64,000 nt of DNA. Source: Candidatus Levybacteria bacterium RIFCSPHIGHO2_01_FULL_40_16 (GTDB taxonomy: Bacteria; Patescibacteriota; Microgenomatia; Levybacterales; UBA12049). Below the pieces are notes generated by a model. That model saw only the letters and a program-made list of their open reading frames with translations, was not told where the DNA came from and did no database searches. Positions 18,277-28,342 of this stretch are shown here, piece by piece. The position numbers were made by a program, and so were the translations under genes. The stretch covers positions 342,921 through 406,920 of the forward strand of contig MFNS01000001.1 in the NCBI GenBank assembly GCA_001783805.1, in the 5' to 3' direction. Each line of letters opens with the position of its first letter. Within the stretch, counting starts at the first letter, position 1.

Positions 18277-18416
18277 ATTTTGACAACCTCCTTTCTTTGA
18301 TATCTCTTCTCCACCTTTTCTACAAAAAGAGTGCTACTATAATTATCTTACGCCATTTTTCTTTTAAATTGCAACCTCCGCGAATCGGCTGATGATCCTG
18401 GTCTTTTTGATTAGCC

Positions 18417-19052
18417 TCATCGATATGCATCAAGAATTTTTATTACATCTTTATCTTTAACTTGCGCAAAGCTATCGTAATATGACCCGACTGCCCCGAG
18501 GAATTTATCATCAGATGGAATCTCAAGCGCAATTAGCTCGTCTGCCTCTTTCCTCAAAATTTTTGCAGTTGATCTGGGAACGACCGGAACAGCAACGATA
18601 AGCTTTGCAGGATTATAATGTTTAATTTCCATAATGCCAACCCGAAGCGTTAAGCCGGTTGCTACGCCATCATCAACAACAACAGCTATTTTCCCCTTAG
18701 CAGATGTCATTTTTTTTCCATGCAGATATTTCTTTCTTCTTCTTGCTACCTCCAGACGTCCTTTCTTCATTTCTCTTTCCAGCCAATCTTCACCAACCAG
18801 CGCTAATTCTCTTGGGGTACCGACAATATGCCCATTTTCTGCTGTTGCCGCAATGGCGTATTCGGGATTATCCGGATGGCTAATTTTTCTGGTGATTACC
18901 AAATCCAGAACAGCATGAAGATTTCTGGCTATTTCAACTGCGGTTAGAACACCACCCCTAGGGATAGCGTAAACCACCACATCTTTATCGGCATACCCCT
19001 TTAGTTTATCTGCCAGCAATTGTCCGGCCTGTATTCTATCTTTAAATCTCAT
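18417..19052 (-). CDS. phosphoribosyltransferase-family protein
   Basis: PRPP-binding VVDDGVATGLT motif; start moved to the internal Met. Confidence 0.75.
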   Translation of the reverse strand: MRFKDRIQAGQLLADKLKGYADKDVVVYAIPRGGVLTAVEIARNLHAVLDLVITRKISHPDNPEYAIAATAENGHIVGTPRELALVGEDWLEREMKKGRLEVARRRKKYLHGKKMTSAKGKIAVVVDDGVATGLTLRVGIMEIKHYNPAKLIVAVPVVPRSTAKILRKEADELIALEIPSDDKFLGAVGSYYDSFAQVKDKDVIKILDAYR

Positions 19053-19360
19053 ATTTCTCCTTTGCGATAAAAATACGCTAACCAATATTAGCATACTTTT
19101 TGTAATTTAGATTATAAATGTAAGCTTGCGAAGCCTACCTCAACCGGATTGTCTGATAAATGTCCAGATGCTGTCAAGCTATCTTTGCAATTGTCAGGTA
19201 AAATAGTTTTATATGAACGAAGAGGATAGGAAATATTTAAGATCGGTAAAAAAACTAAGACCAAGCCTTGAGGTTTTCAAAAGAATGGTGCAAATCCTGA
19301 AGGGCGTACAGCAAAAAACAGATCAGATGCTAAAAACGCTGGTCTGACAGTTGTTTTCAT

Positions 19361-20551
19361 TTACTCATAGCGCAAGGCTTGGATTGGATCAAGTTTTGAG
19401 GCGCGGACCGCCGGAGCAACACCAAAAACGATTCCGACTATCATCGAAAATCCAAAAGACAATAGAACTGACCACCAGGTGATCGTTGTCTGTAGGAAAT
19501 TATTAATCAAAAGCGAAAGTAATATTCCCAAAACTATTCCGATTATTCCTCCTATGCCGGACAGCGTCACTGCTTCGATCAAAAATTGATTTCTGATATC
19601 CTCGGTTTGGGCTCCCAAGGCTTTTCGCAGGCCGATTTCCCTGGTTCTTTCCGTCACCGAAACCAGCATTATGTTCATAATTCCGATTCCTCCGACAATC
19701 AAAGAAATTGCGGCAATTCCTCCAAGACCCAAAGTCAAAACATTTGTAACGGTTGATATTGTAGATAGGGCCTGCTCCTGAGTTAAGACGCTAAAATCAT
19801 CTTCGGTTAATCTTTTATTTAATATCGCTTTTGCTTTGGCTTGTATGTCTTTGACGTTTTCCGCTTTTAGCGCATTTATATAAATAGTATTGGGACTGGT
19901 AATTCCAAATTGTTTTTGGGCGCTGGTTAACGGAATTAAAACAGAATTATCCTGATCTATGCCAAAGATTGATCCTCTGGAACCTGCAATTCCGATAACC
20001 ACATAATTTATTCCTGCAATCTTTATGGTCTGATTCAGAGGGGACGCTGTCCCAAAAAGATTTTTTACGACCGTTGCTCCAATGACCACTACTCTTCTTC
20101 CGCTGGTAACGTCCGCTTCATTAATAAATCTTCCTTTCTCCGTTTTCAAGCTAATTATTTTTTCGTAATTCGCCTGGACTCCGAAAATGGCTGCTCCTTT
20201 ATCGTTGATATTTAATCTTTTCAAAGTGCCTGTTTTTTGCACAACAGCGCAAACTTGCGCATCCTGTCTTAATTTATTTTTAAGATTTATCGCATCTGCA
20301 AAAGTTAATCGGTTTGCCTGGACTCCGCCCGGAGATCTTGATCCGCCTATTCTTCCCGGAACCACAATAACCAAATTGGAACCAAGACCGGCGATCTGTT
20401 TGGTAATGGTTGTTTTAAGCCCCGAAACCAAAGAGGTTAAAAGAATTACCGACAAAACCCCGATCATAATTCCCAAGATCGTTAAGAACGCCCTCATTTT
20501 ATTGGCCAGAATCGCTGCCATTGCCACCCTGAATGTTTCCAAATGATTCAT
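19361..20551 (-). CDS. ABC transporter permease, MacB/FtsX family
   Basis: N-terminal TM segment, large periplasmic domain, C-terminal FtsX-like 3-TM bundle. Confidence 0.85.
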   Translation of the reverse strand: MNHLETFRVAMAAILANKMRAFLTILGIMIGVLSVILLTSLVSGLKTTITKQIAGLGSNLVIVVPGRIGGSRSPGGVQANRLTFADAINLKNKLRQDAQVCAVVQKTGTLKRLNINDKGAAIFGVQANYEKIISLKTEKGRFINEADVTSGRRVVVIGATVVKNLFGTASPLNQTIKIAGINYVVIGIAGSRGSIFGIDQDNSVLIPLTSAQKQFGITSPNTIYINALKAENVKDIQAKAKAILNKRLTEDDFSVLTQEQALSTISTVTNVLTLGLGGIAAISLIVGGIGIMNIMLVSVTERTREIGLRKALGAQTEDIRNQFLIEAVTLSGIGGIIGIVLGILLSLLINNFLQTTITWWSVLLSFGFSMIVGIVFGVAPAVRASKLDPIQALRYE

Positions 20552-21216
20552 TTTATTTCTCCGTCTCTGACGCGAATCGTCCTTTTTGCATACCTCGCAA
20601 TATCCACCTCATGCGTAATCAAAATTATCGTCTTTCCCTCGTTATTCAATTTGCGGAAGATTTCCATAATTTGCTGTCCGGTTTTAGTATCCAAATTTCC
20701 GGTTGGTTCATCAGCCAAAATAATTTGGGGATCTGTTACCAAAGCTCTGGCAATAGCCGCTCTTTGTTGCTGGCCTCCCGAGAGTTGATTTGGACGGTTT
20801 TCCAATTTGTCCGAGAGACCGACCTGATCTAAGGCTTTTTTTGCTTTGGTTATTCTCTCTTGATTATCAATTCCGCCATAGATCAAGGGAAGCGTAACAT
20901 TATCCAAAATTGAAGTTCTATTTAACAAATTGAATTGCTGAAAAACAAAACCTATTTTCTTATTTCTTATTTCAGCCATTACTTTTTCACTTAAATGAGC
21001 TACGTCTTCCCCTTCCAATTTATACGACCCGCTGGTGGGTTTGTCCAAAAGTCCCAAAATATTCATTAAGGTAGATTTTCCGGAACCTGATGGTCCCATA
21101 ATCGCCACAAACTCACCCGAGTCAATAGACAAGCTAATATTTTTCAGAGCTTGGAATTTAAGATCGTGACTTGTTTGGTAAATTTTATTGATGTTTGAAA
21201 GATGTACGAGTAGCAT
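20548..21216 (-). CDS. ABC transporter ATP-binding protein (MacB/LolD-like)
   Basis: Walker A GPSGSGKST, signature LSGGQQQRAAIARAL, Walker B ILADEPT. Confidence 0.9.
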   Translation of the reverse strand: MLLVHLSNINKIYQTSHDLKFQALKNISLSIDSGEFVAIMGPSGSGKSTLMNILGLLDKPTSGSYKLEGEDVAHLSEKVMAEIRNKKIGFVFQQFNLLNRTSILDNVTLPLIYGGIDNQERITKAKKALDQVGLSDKLENRPNQLSGGQQQRAAIARALVTDPQIILADEPTGNLDTKTGQQIMEIFRKLNNEGKTIILITHEVDIARYAKRTIRVRDGEIK

Positions 21217-22262
21217 TATTTTAGATTATTGGGAACATCGGCCGGATTGGCAACAACTAGATCTCCTTCCTTTAAGCCTTCGCTTATTTCTGCCTGCGTG
21301 TCCGATTCCAATCCTATTCCTACTTTTTGCTTCTTCAATCCCAATGCGGTTTTGACAAAAACAGTATCGCCATTCAATAGGGCATCCAAAGGAATAGCTA
21401 GAACATTCTTTCTTTCGGCTGTAACAATATTTACCTGACCGTTAAGTCCGGCAATATTTATAATCGGTTGATTATCCAAAAGTATTTTGACTATTACGAC
21501 TGTTGTGCCATTTAAAGTAGTTTCCGTTTGCTGCAGAATTTCCGAAACTTTACCTTGAAAAATGCGGTCTCCATAAGCATTAAGGGTAACTTCCGCCGGT
21601 TGTCCAACCGCTACTTTGGATATGTCCGCCTCATCAATTTCTCCTGAAAAGACAATTGCGGAAAAATCAACAACTTGAGTGACTATATCCGTCAGGGAAA
21701 CAGTCTCACCAGGTAAAAAATCCGCTTTTGTCACTACTCCCGCAAGTGGCGAGATAATCACAGCATCCTGAAATGCTCTTTGAGCAGCTAAAACGTTATC
21801 ATAAGCATTGTCCTGAGCAACTTCGGCTGTGGTTCGGGTTTGTCTTTGGGTAAAAGTTTCAGAAGTATTGTCTTTGGTGTCGTCTTTTATCTTATCGACA
21901 ATTGCCCGTTTGTCCCGCAGGGTATTTTGCGCTTGTCTAAGGGCAATTTCAAGATCTTGAGTGTCCAATCCGGCAATTACCTGTCCTTTAATAACCTTGT
22001 CTCCGGTTTTCACTTTTACATATCCCAGGCGGCCGCTAGCTTTAAAGTGCAAACCGGCGCTATTTGTTCCGGTCAAAGTACCTGAACCTGAAATTTCCTG
22101 CCGGAGATTTTGTTTTTTAACCTGAACAAATTGCAGGGGAGCTGCTTTTCTATTGCCAAAAAACATAAAATATCCCAAGGCAACAACTGCAATCAAACCA
22201 ATAATTTTGTACTTTTGGGGAAGCTTTCTAATTTTTCTAAATAACTCACTCAAAGTTTTCAC
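21216..22262 (-). CDS. efflux periplasmic adaptor (HlyD/MacA-family membrane fusion protein)
   Basis: N-terminal TM anchor, coiled-coil and beta-barrel regions; first gene of a three-gene efflux operon. Confidence 0.8.
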   Translation of the reverse strand: MKTLSELFRKIRKLPQKYKIIGLIAVVALGYFMFFGNRKAAPLQFVQVKKQNLRQEISGSGTLTGTNSAGLHFKASGRLGYVKVKTGDKVIKGQVIAGLDTQDLEIALRQAQNTLRDKRAIVDKIKDDTKDNTSETFTQRQTRTTAEVAQDNAYDNVLAAQRAFQDAVIISPLAGVVTKADFLPGETVSLTDIVTQVVDFSAIVFSGEIDEADISKVAVGQPAEVTLNAYGDRIFQGKVSEILQQTETTLNGTTVVIVKILLDNQPIINIAGLNGQVNIVTAERKNVLAIPLDALLNGDTVFVKTALGLKKQKVGIGLESDTQAEISEGLKEGDLVVANPADVPNNLK

Positions 22263-22409
22263 GGAGTCAATTTTACCTCATCACGCTACCCAAAGCAAAC
22301 TATTGTGCTATAATTACACATTCTTTTGCAAAAACAGGTATTAAGATATAACTTGTCAGGAAAAAGTCAAGAAAAGTCCATTTAGGCAAAGTAACATGAG
22401 TTTTTAAGT

Positions 22410-23531
22410 ATGGTAATAGAAAATATCGCCTTAGCAGGCGTCATTGTTGAAAGTAAAAAGCAAGCTGTGCAGAAATTTACGTCAGTGGAAATAAATATGC
22501 ACAAGCGACAAAGCACTGTTTGGAATAAAGTTAGGCCATTTTACGAACGGGACATACTGAATATAGAAATAGCAGAAATAACAGGACTTGATTACAAACA
22601 AGTTAGTAGCGCAATAGCGCAAAATAAACGTAGACCAGAATGGAATCAGGTAAAACTTAGCGATCATAGCAGTCGAAAAACAAGAACACGCATGTTAGGA
22701 AAAGAACATAGATGGCCCATATTGAAAAATAGGGAAATGGGGGCTCAATTTGCCAATTTGCTTTTTGAATCAGGGTTAATTCCGGAAGACCTTTCAACAC
22801 GGGAAGAATTACATCAGCTTTATGCTTTACGCAATAGGAAATTACCAGAAAGTAATTTTGACAAACTTGGATTAGAAGTATTTCTGTTAGCTCAAAAGGA
22901 ACTTATCAAAGGGAATAAAAAAACTTTAAATATGTTTCAGGCGCTGGCAAGGAGAATTACTGGCGACGCTTCGCTTATACGCACAGAACAAGCGTTTGTT
23001 AAGAAAACGTTCTTAGCAGAAACTCAGTTAACATCCTATCTTAAGCGCGGATTATCAGTCGAAGAGGCAGAAATTATAGCCATTCGTCAGCTTCCCAAGG
23101 TAAGAAGAATGTTTACTCAGAATGAGGTAAATAGCATTATTTTTATTCGAGAAGCATGGAAGTTGGGACTATTAAATAATGATACTTCAGAGTGGCAAAA
23201 GCTTCCAGAATTATATAAAAGAGGGGGGAGAGTTTTGCCAAAAAGCAATTTCGACAAACTTAGGCTTGAGGCATTTTTAAGAGCAACTGTAAAGCATGAA
23301 TACGAAGGAAAATTAGAACCATTAACTTTATATAATAAATCAGGTTATGCGGTAGGCTATGAATGGTTTAAAGCAAGCCTTTCAGACGATGAACATTTTA
23401 TTAAGAATCGCGTTAGAATTGCAGGTCTTAAACAGAATAGTAACGACGATCCTGGAAAAAGAGACAGGATAAGAGAGATGGTAAGAGCAGGAACGAATGG
23501 TGACGCATATAAAAAGGGGTACGATATCTAA
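22410..23531 (+). CDS. hypothetical protein with N-terminal HTH-like segment and internal tandem repeats
   Basis: ILNIEIAEITGLDYKQVSSAI resembles a sigma-70 region 4/HTH. LPESNFDKLGLEVFL and LPKSNFDKLRLEAFL are duplicated modules. Confidence 0.5.
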   Translation: MVIENIALAGVIVESKKQAVQKFTSVEINMHKRQSTVWNKVRPFYERDILNIEIAEITGLDYKQVSSAIAQNKRRPEWNQVKLSDHSSRKTRTRMLGKEHRWPILKNREMGAQFANLLFESGLIPEDLSTREELHQLYALRNRKLPESNFDKLGLEVFLLAQKELIKGNKKTLNMFQALARRITGDASLIRTEQAFVKKTFLAETQLTSYLKRGLSVEEAEIIAIRQLPKVRRMFTQNEVNSIIFIREAWKLGLLNNDTSEWQKLPELYKRGGRVLPKSNFDKLRLEAFLRATVKHEYEGKLEPLTLYNKSGYAVGYEWFKASLSDDEHFIKNRVRIAGLKQNSNDDPGKRDRIREMVRAGTNGDAYKKGYDI

Positions 23532-23564
23532 TACGACATTCTTCAAGTCCCGACAAGTAAGTTT

Positions 23565-23690
23565 CTATCTAACTATTGTGAAGTTTAGATAAGCGTAAGC
23601 TACCAGCATTGTAGTCGCAACAACAAATAATATTAAGGCGATAAATCCATTTTTTGTCAGGGTCACCGAATCTTTTTTTGACTTTGCCAT
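23565..23690 (-). CDS. small hydrophobic peptide (41 aa; MAKSKKDSVTLTKNGFIALILFVVATTMLVAYAYLNFTIVR)
   Basis: AGGAGGTG RBS 7 nt upstream of ATG; single TM helix with charged N-terminus; below the ORF-track cutoff. Confidence 0.35.
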   Translation of the reverse strand: MAKSKKDSVTLTKNGFIALILFVVATTMLVAYAYLNFTIVR

Positions 23691-23856
23691 TTATATTTCA
23701 CCTCCTAAATTTATATTACAGTTAAATATTTGTGGGTGTCAATCCCCCTTCGTTAAAACTTCGAAGGGATTGATGCCGCCGCAGCTATTTTTCATAATTT
23801 ATTCAACGCATAAAGTTTAAAAAATACTTAAGATTAAGCGAAGGGGCATCAATATC

Positions 23857-24765
23857 TTATAACAATTCTTTCTTGGATTTAAGGAAGAAATATCCTACTG
23901 TTCCGAAAGTAACAACCGGCGAGAACCAGACCGGGATATGGTAGCCAAAACTTTCCAAAATCATAATTGACCCTAGAAATAATATCGAATACATTGCACC
24001 GTTTTTCAAATAGATGTATTTTTTTATTCTTTCTATATTGCTTATTGTTAGTTTTCGTAAAACTAATGCCCCAAGCCCGTTACCTAAAAGAATCAGGGGA
24101 ATTGAAAATGTAAAGGCAAATGCTCCGATTACTCCGTCTATCGAAAACGTTGAGTCTAGAACCTCAAGATAAGCAATTTTGCTGATATCCGACATGTTTC
24201 CCGTAATCAATTTTTTCTCTTGTTCTTCCGCAAATTGTCTAAAACCATGAATGATGAAAAATGCCGTTGATCCGACAACTGCTGCAAATCCAAGCATCGG
24301 ATCTTTTTGAAGAGCAAACCAGACAATTATAGTCAGCAAAATTGAAACGACCGCAAAAAACCAAGCTCCTTGAGCCTGAAAAAATCTTTCTCCACGTAAT
24401 CCATAATTTTTGGGCTCAATAAATAACCAATTGAAAAAAAGGAAAACCAAAAATACTCCTCCAGCCAAAAGAAGTAAGGGGGATGTTGCTGCAATAGCCT
24501 GTGCAATTTTTGGATCTTGAGAGAATGCAGCAAAAAATACGCCAATTAAGTTATATTGAGGATTTGCAAGCCACACGATAAAAAGTGGCAGCAGGCCGCG
24601 GACAATGAAAACAGCAAAAAGAATACCCCACAGAAGAAACCAACGCCTGGCTCTTTGAGTCATACCTCTTAATACTTCCGCATTGATAATCGCATTATCA
24701 ATGCTGGTGATAATCTCAAAAAACGAAAGCCCGAGGATGGTTAAAATAATAAATCCAATGTTCAT
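23857..24765 (-). CDS. TerC/DUF475-family integral membrane protein
   Basis: Repeated SIDNAI... and SIDGVIGAFAFT motifs within a polytopic membrane protein. Confidence 0.55.
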   Translation of the reverse strand: MNIGFIILTILGLSFFEIITSIDNAIINAEVLRGMTQRARRWFLLWGILFAVFIVRGLLPLFIVWLANPQYNLIGVFFAAFSQDPKIAQAIAATSPLLLLAGGVFLVFLFFNWLFIEPKNYGLRGERFFQAQGAWFFAVVSILLTIIVWFALQKDPMLGFAAVVGSTAFFIIHGFRQFAEEQEKKLITGNMSDISKIAYLEVLDSTFSIDGVIGAFAFTFSIPLILLGNGLGALVLRKLTISNIERIKKYIYLKNGAMYSILFLGSIMILESFGYHIPVWFSPVVTFGTVGYFFLKSKKELL

Positions 24766-24796
24766 CAGTTGTATTGTACCAAAAAACTTTGGGGGG

Positions 24797-25483
24797 TTAA
24801 ATCTTCTGACCGAGGATTATGGTTACAGGAACCAAGGCATCTACAGGTAATTCTTCTTCCTTAACTGTAAAAGAATTTTCAAGAACGGTTTTTAACTTAT
24901 TTAGAAAATCTTTATCCACTGCTTTTTTGGCTTTTATAATAGTATCCGTATAATCGGAATTGTCCGCATTGCCAACCGAGGACACTGTAAATCCTTCTGC
25001 CTCCAAATTGGTTTTTTGCCTTCCGGCTTCTCCATCTACACCGCTTCCATTTAGTATTTCTATTTCATATTTAGTAAAATCTATTGTTTTTGTAGGCTCG
25101 GGCGTAATTGTCGGAGTTGGACTCGAAGTTGCCACATTGATTTTTTCTCCCTTAAATATCCCTTGTTTATAAATAAAAATCCCAACAAATAGAGCTATCG
25201 CTATAATAAAAATGAAAAATATTGGCCACATATAATTCTTTTTGGGGGTGTTGCCGGATCCCAGAGATTCTTCCTTAATCATCTTTTCCTTAAAGTCGCT
25301 TAGCGCGTCCGCGGATGAAGCCCGTGAGGCAGGAACGTCGTCGACTACCTCTATATTCTCTGTCGTTTTAGTTACCACGTCGGAAATAACTACTGGTTCC
25401 TTCGGCTCGCCGGAGCCTTTGGCGGAGGAGGCTGTTTTTATTTCTTCAGGCTTTGCCTCGTGTTTCTTATGGACAGAAGTCAT
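24797..25483 (-). CDS. LytR_C-domain membrane-anchored protein
   Basis: C-terminal EILNGSGVDGEAGRQKTNLEAEGFTV typical of the LytR C-terminal domain; central TM helix. Carries the family-1 in-frame element. Confidence 0.6.
   Translation of the reverse strand: MTSVHKKHEAKPEEIKTASSAKGSGEPKEPVVISDVVTKTTENIEVVDDVPASRASSADALSDFKEKMIKEESLGSGNTPKKNYMWPIFFIFIIAIALFVGIFIYKQGIFKGEKINVATSSPTPTITPEPTKTIDFTKYEIEILNGSGVDGEAGRQKTNLEAEGFTVSSVGNADNSDYTDTIIKAKKAVDKDFLNKLKTVLENSFTVKEEELPVDALVPVTIILGQKI
25398..25434. repeat. GC-rich element, family 1 copy (CCTTCGGCTCGCCGGAGCCTTTGGCGGAGGAGGCTG), in frame in the LytR_C gene
   Basis: Encodes ASSAKGSGEPKE. Confidence 0.8.
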
Positions 25484-25533
25484 ATTTATTAATATAGTGT
25501 CTTTAGCTCAATATGTCAAATCCCTTAACCCTC

Positions 25534-25968
25534 TCAAAATAGTTTTTCTTTGTATTTTTTAAGGAAAAATGGCAATTGAGAATGAAGAGGCGTTGGAAGA
25601 TTATTAATCTTAAACCATTTTATTTCCGAATGTTTTTGCGGAACGCCGTTTTTAACTTTTTCTCTGTTAACTAAAACTTTAAAATCCAAAGCAATCCAAT
25701 GAGTCCCATTTCCCTTTTCATCAACCCTATGTACATCTCTAAATCCCAAAATTTCCGAATTTATTACATCTGTGCAATATTCTTCTCTTACTTCCCTGCT
25801 AACCGTATCCGTTACCGTTTCCCCAACCTCGACACTTCCTCCGCCCGGATCCCAGGTATCCCACTCATCTCTGCATTTTTTGGATCTTTTGCTCAATAAA
25901 ACATTTCCCTCTCCGTCATGGCAGAAAAATACAACCCCGACTCCAATACAATCAATTCCTTTTTCCAT
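25534..25968 (-). CDS. NUDIX hydrolase
   Basis: Nudix box GGGSVEVGETVTDTVSREVREEYC. Confidence 0.8.
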   Translation of the reverse strand: MEKGIDCIGVGVVFFCHDGEGNVLLSKRSKKCRDEWDTWDPGGGSVEVGETVTDTVSREVREEYCTDVINSEILGFRDVHRVDEKGNGTHWIALDFKVLVNREKVKNGVPQKHSEIKWFKINNLPTPLHSQLPFFLKKYKEKLF

Positions 25969-25991
25969 AGCCTGATTATAACAATAATTTA

Positions 25992-27035
25992 TTATTTTAA
26001 ATATTTGTCGAAAAAGTCAACGGAGCGCTGGATGGCAGTGTTAAAATTATTGGCAAGATTATGGTCATCCCCCCGGTAAATAAAGAGTTCCGATATCTTC
26101 CCCATTGCTTTTAATTCTTTATCAAGTTTTTCCGAAAATGCTATTGGAACAGATGCGTCCGCTGTCCCGTGATGCAGTTGAATTGGTCCGGACACATCTT
26201 TAAGGTAGGCGTTTGCAGAAATTGAATTCCAAAAGTTTGGATTTTCCGCTGGTGTTCCAAATTGCGCAACCAAAAGATCTCTCCACCTTCGTGCGCCGGC
26301 TGACAAAGGCGGCGGAGTAAAGGTTGATCTTCTCCAGTTATAAATCAAGTCAGGATAAGAAGCGACTACTCCACCCCAAATTACCCCTGCTTTTATATCT
26401 TTGGAAATTACCATTGAGCGAAGCGTGATAAATCCGCCCATCGAATGCCCCCACATGCCGATGCGATTCACATCAGCATCTTCAAACTTTTTAATTGAGG
26501 CAACCGCATTAAGAACATCTATCGTATATGCCGGTGAGCCATATCCGCCTATGGCTTCCCCTTCCGAATTTCCGTGCCCGCGATAATCGGATTTTAAAAC
26601 TATATAACCGTTCCTGGAAAAAGCATCCGCATACGCGATATATTTTCCCGTAGTTGAATACTCTTTTGGCGAAATGTAGCCATGGTTAAAAATGATAACC
26701 GGCCAACTTCCGCCGGCTGGCGGATTTCCAAAAGGCACAGTTAATAAAGCATAAATTTTCAACCCGTCTGATTTATATGAGGCAATATATTTATTATAAT
26801 TCGATCCACTCTGGAGAGTTTGCTCGATAGTAATTTCACTGCCCGGATATTCCTGGGAACGCATATACTCAATTGAAAGAGGATAAGGAGAGTCTACAAC
26901 TTCGCCTCTATCCTCAAGATTATTTAAGCTATCCGCAGAGTTAGTGGATTGATTTTTTTGTGATTTATTCTTAAAAACTATCAACGCGGAAATTAATATT
27001 ATTGCGATTCCTATTGCAATAATTAATCTTTTCAT
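25992..27035 (-). CDS. exported alpha/beta hydrolase (S9 peptidase / dienelactone-hydrolase-like)
   Basis: GxSxG elbow GMWGHSMGG; N-terminal signal/TM segment. Carries an in-frame NPPAGGS palindromic element. Confidence 0.75.
   Translation of the reverse strand: MKRLIIAIGIAIILISALIVFKNKSQKNQSTNSADSLNNLEDRGEVVDSPYPLSIEYMRSQEYPGSEITIEQTLQSGSNYNKYIASYKSDGLKIYALLTVPFGNPPAGGSWPVIIFNHGYISPKEYSTTGKYIAYADAFSRNGYIVLKSDYRGHGNSEGEAIGGYGSPAYTIDVLNAVASIKKFEDADVNRIGMWGHSMGGFITLRSMVISKDIKAGVIWGGVVASYPDLIYNWRRSTFTPPPLSAGARRWRDLLVAQFGTPAENPNFWNSISANAYLKDVSGPIQLHHGTADASVPIAFSEKLDKELKAMGKISELFIYRGDDHNLANNFNTAIQRSVDFFDKYLK
26709..26726. repeat. family 2 palindromic element (TCCGCCGGCTGGCGGATT), in frame in the alpha/beta hydrolase
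   Basis: Encodes NPPAGG on the minus strand. Confidence 0.75.
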
Positions 27036-27081
27036 AGAATAATGTTAAAACAAGATTTAATAATATATAATTAACTATAGT

Positions 27082-28227
27082 ATGTCAAACAATAAACGGC
27101 TGTTGTTTATTGCCCTTGGAGTTTTATTAATTTTGAGCATTGTTTATGCTAATTTTACGCAAAAAAGCAGACCGCAAATTAGTACAAATACTACATTACT
27201 AGATAGTGCTGGAGTTAATGAAACGCAAGCTAACGATCCACGATTGACAACTTTAGCGGTAAATTTAGAAATTCCGTGGGCGCTTGTTTTTCTGCCTGAT
27301 AAAAATATTTTATTTACAGAGCGTCCCGGGCGCGTGAGAATTATTGATAGTCAAGGTGTTTTAAATCCTAATCCTGTAGCTACTATTGAGGATGTTAAAC
27401 ATTTTGGTGAGGGCGGGCTTTTGGGAATTACAATTCACCCGAATTTCTCCAATAATCATTTCGTTTATTTCTATTACACTTATAGTTCCACCGGCAATGA
27501 TACCCTGAATCGAGTCGTGAGATTTAAATTTGAAAACAGTGCGTTTTCGGAAAAAACCATAATCGTTGACAAAATTCCGGGCGCGCTTTTTCACAATGGG
27601 GGACGCATAAAATTTGGTCCCGATGGTTTTTTATATATTACAACCGGCGATTCCCAAAACCCCTCTCTTGCGCAGAATAAAAATTCTCTTGCCGGGAAAA
27701 TTTTAAGAGTAACTTCTGATGGTAATCCCGCTCCGGATAATCCTTTTGGAAATTTAGTTTTCAGTTTCGGACACAGAAACCCCCAGGGAATTACCTGGGA
27801 AGGCAACACCTTGTGGGAAACCGAACACGGAGCAAGTACGTTGGATGAATTAAATGTAATTGAAAAAGGTAAAAATTATGGATGGCCGGTAATTTCGGGA
27901 AATCAAACGCGAAATGGCATGGAAACGCCGGTTATGAACAGCGGTTTTGACACATGGGCGCCAAGCGGCACAGTTTTTCTTAACGGCTCTATATTTTTTG
28001 CGGGACTGCGGGGACAAGCGCTGTTTGAATATAATATCGAAAGTAAAATTCTCACATCTCATCTCAAAGGAGAAATCGGCAGAATTAGAGAGGTGGTTGT
28101 CGGACCCGCTTCGCAGCGAGGCGAGCCGGATAATTTACTTTATATCACCACTAGTAACCGTGATGGCCGCGGAGCTCCTGATGCAACAGATGATAAAATA
28201 ATCCGCGTAAATCCAAATAAGCTTTGA
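27082..28227 (+). CDS. PQQ-dependent sugar dehydrogenase (soluble glucose/sorbosone dehydrogenase family)
   Basis: Beta-propeller signature ERPGRVRII ... GGLLGITIHP ... HNGGRIKFGPDGFLYITTGD; signal anchor. Confidence 0.8.
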   Translation: MSNNKRLLFIALGVLLILSIVYANFTQKSRPQISTNTTLLDSAGVNETQANDPRLTTLAVNLEIPWALVFLPDKNILFTERPGRVRIIDSQGVLNPNPVATIEDVKHFGEGGLLGITIHPNFSNNHFVYFYYTYSSTGNDTLNRVVRFKFENSAFSEKTIIVDKIPGALFHNGGRIKFGPDGFLYITTGDSQNPSLAQNKNSLAGKILRVTSDGNPAPDNPFGNLVFSFGHRNPQGITWEGNTLWETEHGASTLDELNVIEKGKNYGWPVISGNQTRNGMETPVMNSGFDTWAPSGTVFLNGSIFFAGLRGQALFEYNIESKILTSHLKGEIGRIREVVVGPASQRGEPDNLLYITTSNRDGRGAPDATDDKIIRVNPNKL

Positions 28228-28342
28228 CCATCCAATTTTCTTAAATCACCTCGAAGTTAATAAGAAACCAATAATTGCAATTGAAATTCCGATTCCGACA
28301 ATCGTAAACCCATATACTAATGCCTTTAAAAAACTTAAATTA

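Noticed and set aside
17813-18286. 157-aa minus-strand ORF overlapping the DoxX gene
   Set aside because: It is the alternative frame of the same DNA. The 17767-18276 frame carries the clear DoxX signature and TM helices, while this one is Arg/Cys-rich nonsense typical of an off-frame.
19213-19347. 44-aa plus-strand ORF in the PRTase/MacB intergenic region
   Set aside because: No RBS, and the region is better explained as a promoter or 3' UTR; conservation is unknown.
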